Source: Dehalococcoidia bacterium (lineage in GTDB: Bacteria > Chloroflexota > Dehalococcoidia > Dehalococcoidales > UBA1222). From it: a stretch of DNA of 64,000 nt. Shown in pieces: positions 41,489 to 49,837 of this stretch. Location of the stretch: NCBI GenBank assembly GCA_009779255.1, contig WREQ01000002.1, positions 59 through 64,058 of the forward strand. Direction: 5' to 3'. The translations under genes were made by a program, and so were the position numbers. The notes under the pieces were generated by a model, which was not told the DNA's origin, ran no database searches, and saw only the letters and a program-made list of their open reading frames with translations. Numbering within the stretch: the stretch's first letter is position 1; every line of letters begins with the position of its first letter.

Positions 41489-42891
41489 ACGGCACATCCA
41501 CCAAACTCTGCGGCGTCATCGGCGACCCGGTTGGACATACGCTTTCGCCGGTTATGCACAATGCCGCTATGGAACACCTGGGGTTGGATTATGTCTACTT
41601 GGCCTTCCATGTAAAACCGGCGGGGCTTGCGGCGGCGATTGAGGGCGTGAGAGCGATGGGCATCGCCGGACTAAATGTCACCATGCCGCACAAGGTGAGT
41701 GTAATTCAGCATCTGGATGACCTCGACGGGCTGGCCCGCGATATCGGCGCGGTTAATACCATTGTAAATAAAGATGCACGGCTCACCGGCTTTAACACCG
41801 ACGCCGGCGGCTTTCTATGGTCACTGGCTGACGCCGGATTCGACTCAGAAGACCAAGACGTCGTGCTACTGGGTGCAGGTGGCGCCGCGCGCGCTGTCGG
41901 ATTCGCGCTGGCGCGCTCCGGCGCCCGCGTCACCATACTCAACCGCGCGAATGAGCTGGACCAGGCGATAAAACTGGCGGAAACCCTAAGCACCGTCGCG
42001 AAATGCGAAGTGGATGCTTTAGAATTGAACGCGGCCAACCTCAAAAAGAGTCTGGAAAAGGCCTCGTTGCTGGTCAACGCCACCAGCATAGGCATGGAGT
42101 CCAACAACGCGGAAACGCCGGTTCCGGCGGAGCTGCTCCGTCCCGGGCTTACCGTGTTTGACATAGTTTATGCTCCGCTTGAAACCCGGTTTTTGAAAGA
42201 AGCGAAACAGCGCGGCTGCCGGACCATAGGCGGGCTGGAGATGCTGGTACGGCAGGGAGCGCTGGCACTGGAGTTATGGACAAGGCAGGAGGCACCGGTG
42301 GCCGTCATGCACAAGGCGGCGCTCGCCGCCATCTCTACGCAGGCTAAGTCAGCACCACCACCCCGAACGATAACTTCTATCGCGTTGATTGGCTTTATGG
42401 GCGCAGGTAAATCATCAGTCGGACGCGCCCTGTGCGACATACTGGGCAAACCGCTAGCAGATACAGACGCACTGATTGAGAAACACACCGGCAGGACGAT
42501 TGCCCAAATATTCAGCGAGGACGGCGAAGCAGCCTTCCGCCGCATGGAGCGTGACGTCATCGCAGAAGTCTCCCGCACGGGAGGGAACGTAATCGCCTGC
42601 GGCGGCGGCGCGGTACTTGACCCTGCAAATATCGAGAACATCAAAAGAAACGCTGTAGTCGTCTACCTGCAGGCCTCCGCCGAAGACATCAAAAAACGCC
42701 TGGCCGGGAGCGGTGACCAGCGTCCTCTGCTGGCGGAAGGGACAGACAAGGTGGCTGGCATGCTGGCCGAACGCATCACCATGTATGAAAACGCCGCCGA
42801 CATCATTATTGAAACCTCACGGCTCAACACCGAGGCCGTAGCGGATGAAATTATAAAGCAGTTGAGAAGCTATGAAGATTTCGATTTCTAA
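41485..42891 (+). CDS. aroE: fused shikimate dehydrogenase / shikimate kinase
   Basis: ATG 41485 overlaps the aroD stop (ATGA). N-terminal ..GVIGDPVGHTLSPVMHNAA.. is the AroE part. The C-terminal ~170 aa carry Walker A GFMGAGKSSVGR and form the AroK part. 468 aa as one frame. Confidence 0.9.
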   Translation: MNGTSTKLCGVIGDPVGHTLSPVMHNAAMEHLGLDYVYLAFHVKPAGLAAAIEGVRAMGIAGLNVTMPHKVSVIQHLDDLDGLARDIGAVNTIVNKDARLTGFNTDAGGFLWSLADAGFDSEDQDVVLLGAGGAARAVGFALARSGARVTILNRANELDQAIKLAETLSTVAKCEVDALELNAANLKKSLEKASLLVNATSIGMESNNAETPVPAELLRPGLTVFDIVYAPLETRFLKEAKQRGCRTIGGLEMLVRQGALALELWTRQEAPVAVMHKAALAAISTQAKSAPPPRTITSIALIGFMGAGKSSVGRALCDILGKPLADTDALIEKHTGRTIAQIFSEDGEAAFRRMERDVIAEVSRTGGNVIACGGGAVLDPANIENIKRNAVVVYLQASAEDIKKRLAGSGDQRPLLAEGTDKVAGMLAERITMYENAADIIIETSRLNTEAVADEIIKQLRSYEDFDF

Positions 42892-44140
42892 AAGCATCGC
42901 CAAGGGGCTGCTGGACGCTCCCTCGTCCAAGAGCTACACCATCCGCGCCCTGATGTGCGCCGCGTTGGCTCCGGGCCACAGCTACATCCGGCGGGCGCTT
43001 TTCGCCGATGACACGCTGGCCGCCGCAGATGTACTGCAAAAGACCGGCATCGGCATCCTCAAAAACGAACACGGCTGGGGCATTGAAGGCGGCCTGCTCA
43101 AAACACCGTCCTCCGAATTGTTCTGCCGCGACAGCGCCGCCACACTGCGCTTCATGACCGCCATATCTGCCCTGATTCCCGGCACGGTGCGGCTGGTGCC
43201 AGGGGCGGGGCTGGCAAAACGTCCTGTGCTGCCGTTGCTGGACGCGCTGACGCAGCTGGGAGTGAACTGCCGGCTGGAAGACCAGACGATACTAGTGGAA
43301 GACAGCGAATTTCACGGTGGCCGGGTGGAGATGCCCGGCGACATCAGCTCGCAATTCATTTCAGCGCTGCTTATAGCCGGGGCGCGCTCGCAACAGGGAG
43401 TGCAAATCGCGCTCACCTCGCCGCCGGTTTCCAAACCCTATCTGAATATGACCATCGAATGCCTCAAAAAGTTCGGCATACACGCCGCCGCTTCTCCAAC
43501 TATGGAGGAGTTCAGAGTTGCCCGCCAAGACTTCCGCCCCGTCGAATACACCGTGGAGGGAGACTGGTCGCAAGCCTCCTACTTGCTGGCATTGGGAACG
43601 CTCTGCGGAGAGGTGATTGTAAGCAATCTGAACGCCGAGAGCCTGCAGGGTGACCGCGTAATCCTCACCTTGCTGACCCGCATGGGAGCGCGCCTATCGG
43701 TGCGACGCAGTTCAGTAATGGCACAAAGATCATTCCTGCACGGCATCAACGCCGACCTGTCGGACTGCATTGACCTGCTCCCCACCATGGCCGTCCTCGC
43801 CGCCTGCGCTGACGGCGAGAGCCGTTTTTCCGGTGTCAAAAACGCGCGTCTCAAGGAATCCAACCGAGTTGAGGCGGTCGCTGCCGAACTGCGGAAAACC
43901 GGCATCCGAGTGCGCGATGAAGACGATGTGCTGGTCATCTTCGGCGGTAGCCCACGCGGCGCCGTTATCGACAGTCACGATGATCACCGCATGGCGATGG
44001 CCTTCGGCGTGCTGGGAGCGGCCGCCGGCGATATGACGATTGAAGGCGCCGAATGTGTCGCCAAGACCTATCCCGATTTCTGGAAATCCCTGACCACGCT
44101 CGGCATAAAGGTGGAAAACGATGTCAAACAGTCTGGGTAA
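42872..44140 (+). CDS. aroA: 3-phosphoshikimate 1-carboxyvinyltransferase (EPSP synthase)
   Basis: 422 aa. ..PSSKSYTIRAL.. and ..RLKESNRVEAV... Confidence 0.95.
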   Translation: MKISISKSIAKGLLDAPSSKSYTIRALMCAALAPGHSYIRRALFADDTLAAADVLQKTGIGILKNEHGWGIEGGLLKTPSSELFCRDSAATLRFMTAISALIPGTVRLVPGAGLAKRPVLPLLDALTQLGVNCRLEDQTILVEDSEFHGGRVEMPGDISSQFISALLIAGARSQQGVQIALTSPPVSKPYLNMTIECLKKFGIHAAASPTMEEFRVARQDFRPVEYTVEGDWSQASYLLALGTLCGEVIVSNLNAESLQGDRVILTLLTRMGARLSVRRSSVMAQRSFLHGINADLSDCIDLLPTMAVLAACADGESRFSGVKNARLKESNRVEAVAAELRKTGIRVRDEDDVLVIFGGSPRGAVIDSHDDHRMAMAFGVLGAAAGDMTIEGAECVAKTYPDFWKSLTTLGIKVENDVKQSG

Positions 44141-45212
44141 GCTCTTTCGCGTCACCTCATTCGGCGAAAGCCACGGACGGCTGGTTGGCGCTGTCATCGA
44201 CGGCTGCCCCGCCGGACTTGAGCTATCGGAGGCCGATATTCAGCCTGACCTTGACCGGCGTCGGCCGGGCGGCGGCGCCGTCTCTACACCCCGCACCGAG
44301 GAAGACCAGGCCGACATTCTCTCCGGCGTCTTCAACGGCAAAACAACAGGGGCGCCCATCTGCATTACCATCCCCAACCGGAACGCACAGTCCGATGATT
44401 ATGCAGAACAGCGCTCAATTCCCCGCCCCAGCCACGCCGACTACACTTATTACGTCAAGTACGGCGGCCACGCCGATTACCGCGGCGGCGGGCGCGCCTC
44501 CGGACGCCTCACCGCGAGTATGGTGATGGCAGGCGCGATAGCCAGAAAATTGCTGACTGCCCAAGGGATAGAAATACTGGGACACGCCGTCGAGATTGGC
44601 GGAATCAAAACCTCCGCACGCGATTATGACACGATTCGACGCGATGCCCGGTTTAACGCCACTGGCTGTGCTGACCAGGACGCGGCGAAGCTGATGCTTC
44701 AGGCAATTGATAGGGCGCGCCGCGATGGCGACAGTCTGGGTGGTATTATCGAGGTGATCGCGCTGGGCGTGCCGGCCGGGCTGGGTGAGCCGCTTTTCGA
44801 CAGCGCAGAGAGCGCCATGGCACAAGCCTTCTTCTCCATTCCGGCGGTCAAGGGCGTGGAGTTCGGCGCTGGATTTGCCGCTGCCCGTCTCAAGGGTTCA
44901 GAAAATAACGATCCTTTCATCATAAGCGAAGGCAGGGTGCAAACCGACTCCAACCACGCCGGCGGCATACTGGGCGGCATTACAAGCGGCATGCCTATCA
45001 CAGCGCGTCTTGCAGTCAAGCCTACCCCTTCAATTGCCCTACCACAACGTAGCGTCAATCTGGAAAGCCTAAGCGCGGCGGAGATGTCCGTCAGAGGCCG
45101 CCATGACCCGTGCGTAGTGCCGCGCGCCATAGTGGTAGCCGAAGCCGCCATGGCGATAACATTGTGCGACCTGTCCATCATAGCAGGCACAATGGGGAGA
45201 GTGATGGCATGA
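44121..45212 (+). CDS. aroC: chorismate synthase
   Basis: 363 aa. ..FRVTSFGESHG..VGAVIDGCPAGL... Confidence 0.96.
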   Translation: MSNSLGKLFRVTSFGESHGRLVGAVIDGCPAGLELSEADIQPDLDRRRPGGGAVSTPRTEEDQADILSGVFNGKTTGAPICITIPNRNAQSDDYAEQRSIPRPSHADYTYYVKYGGHADYRGGGRASGRLTASMVMAGAIARKLLTAQGIEILGHAVEIGGIKTSARDYDTIRRDARFNATGCADQDAAKLMLQAIDRARRDGDSLGGIIEVIALGVPAGLGEPLFDSAESAMAQAFFSIPAVKGVEFGAGFAAARLKGSENNDPFIISEGRVQTDSNHAGGILGGITSGMPITARLAVKPTPSIALPQRSVNLESLSAAEMSVRGRHDPCVVPRAIVVAEAAMAITLCDLSIIAGTMGRVMA

Positions 45213-46438
45213 GCCTCGAGAATCTGCGCGGCGCCATCGACGACGTGGACGCCCGCATCGTCAAACTGCTGGCCGAGCGACTGCTGATTGCCGGCCAAAT
45301 CGGACTGGAAAAGCGCCTCGGCGGCATACCACTCAATGACGCCGCGCGCGAGGCCACCGTACTGGAACGCGTCCGCCGGCTGGCCGAAGCCGAGGGAGTG
45401 AGCGCCGCCGCTGTTGAAAACGTCTACCGCCACATCATCACCTCCTCCAAGAGCGTGCAGGATGTTTCCACCGCCTTACAGGGCGAAACAGGCACTCAAG
45501 TCGGTGCCGCATCATATGTTATTCCTGAAGGTGACTGGCGCATACCGGAGCGCCGGCTGGGACACAGCAGAACAACCAAGAGATTTGCCATCGTGGGTGG
45601 CGCCGGCAGGATGGGACGCTGGCTGGGCAAGCTGCTGCTGGCTGAGCAAATGGATGTCATCCTCATTGGGCGGGATGCCGGACGGTTATCCGTCGCCTCC
45701 AGCGAACTCAAAACCGTGGCTACCACCGACCTGCGCGCAGCGGGTAGCGCCGACGTGATTATTCTGTCGGTGCCGATAAACGGCTTCGCGTCACTAGTGG
45801 AAGAACTTGGCCAGTACGTAAAACCCGGCCAGACGGTAATCGACCTGACCTCGGTCAAGGTGATGCCAGTGGACATGATGCACAAACACTTGCCGAACTG
45901 TCTGACGCTGGGGGCGCACCCTGTATTCGGCCCCGGGGCGGAAAGCCTATCCGGCCACAACGTCATTCTCACGCCTACGAACGACCCTGAGCAGGCGCTG
46001 GCACAATGGGCGCAAACATGGCTGGAAACACACGGAGCGCGCGTGCGGCTGATGTCCCCCACCGAGCATGACCGGCTGATGTCGGTGGTTCTGGGATTGG
46101 CACACTTCATCGCCATCGTATCCGGCGACGTGATTCTGAACCAGGAGGACCACGCCGGTCTTGAAATGGCCTCCGGCGTCACCTTCCGGGCGCTTCGTGC
46201 GCTGGTTGCCAGCGTTCTGGGAGAAGACCCTGAGCTATACGCCGCTATACAGACCAATCTGCCGGATCTGCCGGTGCTGGAACGCAGCTTCATCGAAAAA
46301 GCCGCAGAATGGGCAGACCTAGTCGCGGCGGGCAACGCCATAGAGTTCGCCCGCCGTATGCGGGCGCTTGATGACCGGCTGGAGCGTGGCGAGTCTAGAG
46401 CCGCCTACAATGCCCTATACCGCATCACAGAGAAATAA
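45209..46438 (+). CDS. tyrA: bifunctional chorismate mutase (AroQ-type) / prephenate dehydrogenase
   Basis: ATG 45209 overlaps the aroC stop (ATGA). N-terminal ..LRGAIDDVDARIVKLLAERL.. is the CM part. The Rossmann motif ..IVGGAGRMGRWLG.. starts the PDH part. Confidence 0.88.
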   Translation: MSLENLRGAIDDVDARIVKLLAERLLIAGQIGLEKRLGGIPLNDAAREATVLERVRRLAEAEGVSAAAVENVYRHIITSSKSVQDVSTALQGETGTQVGAASYVIPEGDWRIPERRLGHSRTTKRFAIVGGAGRMGRWLGKLLLAEQMDVILIGRDAGRLSVASSELKTVATTDLRAAGSADVIILSVPINGFASLVEELGQYVKPGQTVIDLTSVKVMPVDMMHKHLPNCLTLGAHPVFGPGAESLSGHNVILTPTNDPEQALAQWAQTWLETHGARVRLMSPTEHDRLMSVVLGLAHFIAIVSGDVILNQEDHAGLEMASGVTFRALRALVASVLGEDPELYAAIQTNLPDLPVLERSFIEKAAEWADLVAAGNAIEFARRMRALDDRLERGESRAAYNALYRITEK

Positions 46439-46482
46439 CCAGGTGTTATCGCAGATTTGATTCACCATCCAGACGCAATAAA

Positions 46483-46506
46483 AAAGCGGGGCATAAGCCC
46501 CGCTTT
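46483..46506. terminator. bidirectional intrinsic terminator
   Basis: AAAGCGGGGC-ATAA-GCCCCGCTTT, with an A-run 5' and a T-run 3'. Sits between convergent tyrA (+) and the zinc-ribbon gene (-). Confidence 0.8.
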
Positions 46507-46530
46507 GCGGTTTACCGAAATGCAACCTCT

Positions 46531-46821
46531 CTAGCCATCGCGGTTCTGGACGAAACAGTCGCTGCAGTATACCGGGCGGCCGGTGCGCGGCTCAAACGGT
46601 AACTGAGTTTCTATGCCGCAGGCGGCGCATACTGCAGGAAACATTTGCCTAGGACCTCCGCCCTGCCCACCAATCCGCGACTTCTTGGCGCCGCGGCAAG
46701 TGGAACAGCGTTTGGGGTCATTGACGAAACCTTTCTTGGCGTAGAATTCCTGCTCTGATGCGGTAAACACAAAATCCGCACCGCAGTCCACACACGAAAT
46801 AGTCCTATCCTGGTAGCTCAA
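46531..46821 (-). CDS. zinc-ribbon protein (CxxC...CxxC N-terminal ribbon plus CxxC-x17-CxxC C-terminal ribbon)
   Basis: 96 aa. CVDC..(25)..CSTC and CAAC-17 aa-CSDC, read directly. Confidence 0.8.
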   Translation of the reverse strand: MSYQDRTISCVDCGADFVFTASEQEFYAKKGFVNDPKRCSTCRGAKKSRIGGQGGGPRQMFPAVCAACGIETQLPFEPRTGRPVYCSDCFVQNRDG

Positions 46822-46884
46822 GGATGACCTCCCTTCTTTTAAACTCGGTTGTAGCCAGTCACCCTTGGCCTATGCGAAAAACAG

Positions 46885-47075
46885 TGAAAGAAGCCCGCAG
46901 GTCACGACCAGACTTTTAACCTGCGGGCGATTATTACACAGGAACGAAAGCTTGTCAACAGGCGCGGCAGCCATTACCAGGAGATTATGCGGACGGCAGC
47001 GGCTCTCCATCCCCAATTCCTTCCTTCATCACGCCCAAACGGGTGTAAAAATCCGGAATCTTGTTGAGATGCGCC
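46885..47075. repeat. direct repeat copy 1 (~191 bp)
   Basis: Aligns by eye with 48084-48275, with a mismatch roughly every 6-10 nt. Contains hairpin GCCCGCAGGT/ACCTGCGGGC (46893-46928) and a decayed DUF5661-like 3' coding end. Confidence 0.85.
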
Positions 47076-47200
47076 ACCAAGGCAGCGGCTCGGCTATTGT
47101 GCGTAACATTGAACAACATGCCCTGGAAAGCGCCGTGGCAACCGACTCAATCCTGGCCGTACCTGTGCAGGAAAGCGGCAGGAAGTTATGGCAGGATCAC
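46985..47200 (-). pseudogene. decayed paralogue of the 48200-48478 gene (DUF5661-like)
   Basis: The minus-strand frame reads ..VGCHGAFQGMLFNVTHNSRAAALVAHLNKIPDFYTRLGVMKEGIGDGEPLPSA*. It matches the C-terminus of the intact copy (..WAHLNKIPDFYTRLGVMKEGIGAGE*). An in-frame TGA lies just upstream and no N-terminal half is recognisable. The upper boundary is approximate. Confidence 0.5.
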
Positions 47201-47457
47201 GGCTCGTTGAGGTGTCATGTTTCCTCGTAAAAGCAGCCGATAGGGACCACGAGCTCATCGTTTACCACGAAGAACCTTAAGCACCGCCCAAGGTCATTGT
47301 CTTGAGCAAGTTTGCCATTGCAGGGCAAGCCTGCAATGGCAAAACACAACGAAGCACTAAGCTAATAACGATACAGACAACCCTCTGTCGCCCTGCGCGT
47401 TCGGCAAAGCCGCGTGCCGCAGAATCTGGCAGTTTGCCCCATGTTACTCTTGCGTGC

Positions 47458-48066
47458 CTATTTCTTGCGCGGACCAATGACCGGGTAAACAGCGCGGCCA
47501 TACGCCTGATTGACGACCATTGCCGAACACAGGTATACCGCTAAGACTCCGGCGATGAGCAACGACCAGCCGGCTACATGCGAGAATTCCGCGGGCAGAA
47601 CGCCGAGGTCGACAAGCGCCACAAAGGGAAGCGCGATGTCCACAAAAAGTATTATCAGAGACAGCAGGCTGAAAGACTTGAAGAAGGCCGGCGTCCAGAG
47701 GATGGTGACAGCCGCCAGCACGCACCAGGCGTAGCCGTCTATGCGCGCATCCAGCGGAGTACCCGCGCCAATCGCCTGCCATTTAAGCAGCATCGAGATG
47801 CCACCTACCAGCATGAAGAAGGCGCTAAAGTACAGGAAGGTGTTTCCCCCGGGGTGGTTTTTTCCTTTGAGGTCCAAAAGACCCACTATCAATTGTACTA
47901 CGAAGCCGCCGATGAGCCAGGCTCCCACGAGGGGGATGGCCGAGGTTTCTACGCGGCCGGTGAGTACGGCAAAGAAACAGGCGCAGGCGACTGCCAAAGC
48001 CACCAGGCCAGCCGGCGTTGGGTTTGCCCATTCATTGTTTGCTTGCACTGTTTGTTTGTCTTGCAT
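47458..48066 (-). CDS. GPR1/FUN34/YaaH (acetate-uptake transporter, SatP-like) family membrane protein
   Basis: 202 aa with six hydrophobic segments. ..NPTPAGLVALA.. and ..GGF.VQL..G......GN.F.. family motifs. RBS AAGGAGGGA. Confidence 0.8.
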   Translation of the reverse strand: MQDKQTVQANNEWANPTPAGLVALAVACACFFAVLTGRVETSAIPLVGAWLIGGFVVQLIVGLLDLKGKNHPGGNTFLYFSAFFMLVGGISMLLKWQAIGAGTPLDARIDGYAWCVLAAVTILWTPAFFKSFSLLSLIILFVDIALPFVALVDLGVLPAEFSHVAGWSLLIAGVLAVYLCSAMVVNQAYGRAVYPVIGPRKK

Positions 48067-48083
48067 GAGTTTCCCTCCTTAAT

Positions 48084-48275
48084 TGAAAGAAGCCCGCAGG
48101 TCACGACGAGATTCTTAACCTGCGGGCGATTATTACAACCGGAACAAAAGGTTGTCAACAGGCACGATAGCCATTACCAAGAGATTATGCGGACGATGGC
48201 TACTCTCCGGCTCCAATTCCTTCCTTCATCACACCCAAACGAGTGTAAAAATCCGGAATCTTGTTGAGATGCGCC
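48084..48275. repeat. direct repeat copy 2 (~192 bp)
   Basis: Partner of 46885-47075. Contains terminator-like hairpin 48092-48127 and the 3' end of the intact DUF5661-like gene. Confidence 0.85.
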
Positions 48276-48478
48276 CAGACAAGCCTGCCGGTGACAACCG
48301 GGTCGTCATCAGTGATGTTGGTGTTGGCGTCTGCTTTGCCATGCTCCAGCTCCACATTCATCCCCAGACAAAACTCCGCCACATCCCACTTATCGAAATT
48401 CATGCCGATCTTTGCGGCAACCTCTGTAGCCTGTTCAATGGTAAAAACCTTTTCCATCATGTACTCCCTTTTAAACAT
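48200..48478 (-). CDS. small DUF5661-like protein (92 aa)
   Basis: ..GMNVELEHG....NITDDDPVVTGRLVWAHLNKIPDFYTRL... The family name is recalled from memory. Confidence 0.75.
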   Translation of the reverse strand: MFKREYMMEKVFTIEQATEVAAKIGMNFDKWDVAEFCLGMNVELEHGKADANTNITDDDPVVTGRLVWAHLNKIPDFYTRLGVMKEGIGAGE

Positions 48479-48585
48479 ATTTTACCATAATCAACCCATT
48501 TCTTCCTATTCCAATTCCGCAATATCATCAATGGCTTGAGCCACAATCAATACTATGGAAATATAAGCACTCCACCACCAACCTG

Positions 48586-49632
48586 CTACCCATTTTTGAT
48601 GTACCTCGTGTTTCGCGCCGTGCCGACTTTTTTGATGACGCCCTCTCTGACCATAGAGCCAAGCACCGCCTCTATTGTTGTCGGGCTTACATCTGGCAGG
48701 ACATACGCCAGTTCCGCTTTCGAAACTGGAAGCAGATTGTTCAGCACGGCCGCCTCCACCCGCCGCATCTTTGTAACGCGCACACCTTGCACCACGGCAA
48801 AACGCTTGTCCAGTTCCTTGTAACACACCAGCAGCGCTTGCAGAAAGTTTTCGATGAACTGGAAATAGCTGTTCCGGTTCTCATGCCATCCGTCAGAGGA
48901 CAAGCGCAGCGCTTCATAATACATCGTCTTGGTATGGTTTATCTGTTCCTCGAAGGAGATATACCTCCCCACGTAAAACCCATTCTTGTACAGCAGGAGC
49001 AGAGAGAGCAGCCGTGACATCCTGCCGTTTCCATCCAAAAACGGGTGTATACAGAGGAAATCGAGAACAAAGCATGGTATGAGTAAAAGGCTGTTGACAC
49101 CAGCGCTGCGGCGCGCGTCCATGAAGGCCAGGAGCAACTGCTCCATCGTATCCGCCGTTTCGCTGGCCGGGGTGGGAGCAAAACGGACTTTTCGCCTGCC
49201 GGAGGCGTCCGTCTCCATGATGACGTTATCGGACTGCTTGTAGGTACCGCCGCCTGCCGAAGTATACGAAAGCATGGCGCGGTGAAGCCCCAGAATGTCA
49301 GCTTCACGCATGTCAAGCGCCTTGTAGCCATTATGGACTGCGGCGAGAGCGTCGCGGTATCCCGCTATTTCCATTTCATCATGGTTCAACGGCGCGCTGT
49401 TTTGATTGACAATCTCGGCAATACGTTTCTCACTGGTAACAATGCCTTCGATTTCATTTGACCCTTTGACGGACTGCACCCGCGCAATGCCTTCCAGACT
49501 CGTAAAGATGCCGGGATATGAATCCTTGCGGGCAATATCCAGCGCTTTGAGTTCACTGATGGCACCAGTGATGTTAAGAAGTTTAGCTGGGAGTAGACCG
49601 TTTTCCAAAAATGAGTAGTCAAAACGCTTCAT
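48586..49632 (-). CDS. Fic-family protein (putative AMP-transferase) with an N-terminal inhibitory-helix motif and a C-terminal winged-helix-like region
   Basis: 348 aa. Canonical Fic motif HPFLDGNGRMSR. Upstream SNEIEG fits the (S/T)xxxE(G/N) auto-inhibition motif. Confidence 0.9.
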   Translation of the reverse strand: MKRFDYSFLENGLLPAKLLNITGAISELKALDIARKDSYPGIFTSLEGIARVQSVKGSNEIEGIVTSEKRIAEIVNQNSAPLNHDEMEIAGYRDALAAVHNGYKALDMREADILGLHRAMLSYTSAGGGTYKQSDNVIMETDASGRRKVRFAPTPASETADTMEQLLLAFMDARRSAGVNSLLLIPCFVLDFLCIHPFLDGNGRMSRLLSLLLLYKNGFYVGRYISFEEQINHTKTMYYEALRLSSDGWHENRNSYFQFIENFLQALLVCYKELDKRFAVVQGVRVTKMRRVEAAVLNNLLPVSKAELAYVLPDVSPTTIEAVLGSMVREGVIKKVGTARNTRYIKNG

Positions 49633-49652
49633 TGCGCACTATTCCCCCTTAT

Positions 49653-49729
49653 ATCTGCACATATTATAGACTGCAATATGCAGATAGTCAAGTGGTATCT
49701 GCATAAACAATGGCTGCTCATATGCAGAT
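49653..49729. promoter_or_regulatory. two copies of an inverted repeat ATCTGCA-N18/19-TGCAGAT in the fic/ABC divergent promoter region
   Basis: ATCTGCA 49653-49659 with TGCAGAT 49679-49685, and ATCTGCA 49698-49704 with TGCAGAT 49723-49729. Confidence 0.5.
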
Positions 49730-49837
49730 TGTTGTCCGGTGATTACCCCATTTCCCCAAAAGACGCTGGCTTGTGATTCATGCCAATCACGCTATAATTA
49801 CATCATTACGCTGTTTGGCAATGGAAAAGGTGTTAAA

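Noticed and set aside
46865-47230. 121-aa plus-strand ORF across repeat copy 1
   Set aside because: It is antisense to the recognisable DUF5661-like remnant and crosses the terminator hairpin. No start context.
46885-48275. Interpretation of the 190-bp direct repeats as ends of a mobile element carrying the transporter gene
   Set aside because: No transposase, integrase or inverted termini are present. The repeats are direct copies of a gene 3' end plus terminator, so a segmental duplication is more likely. Reported as a finding, not as a mobile element.
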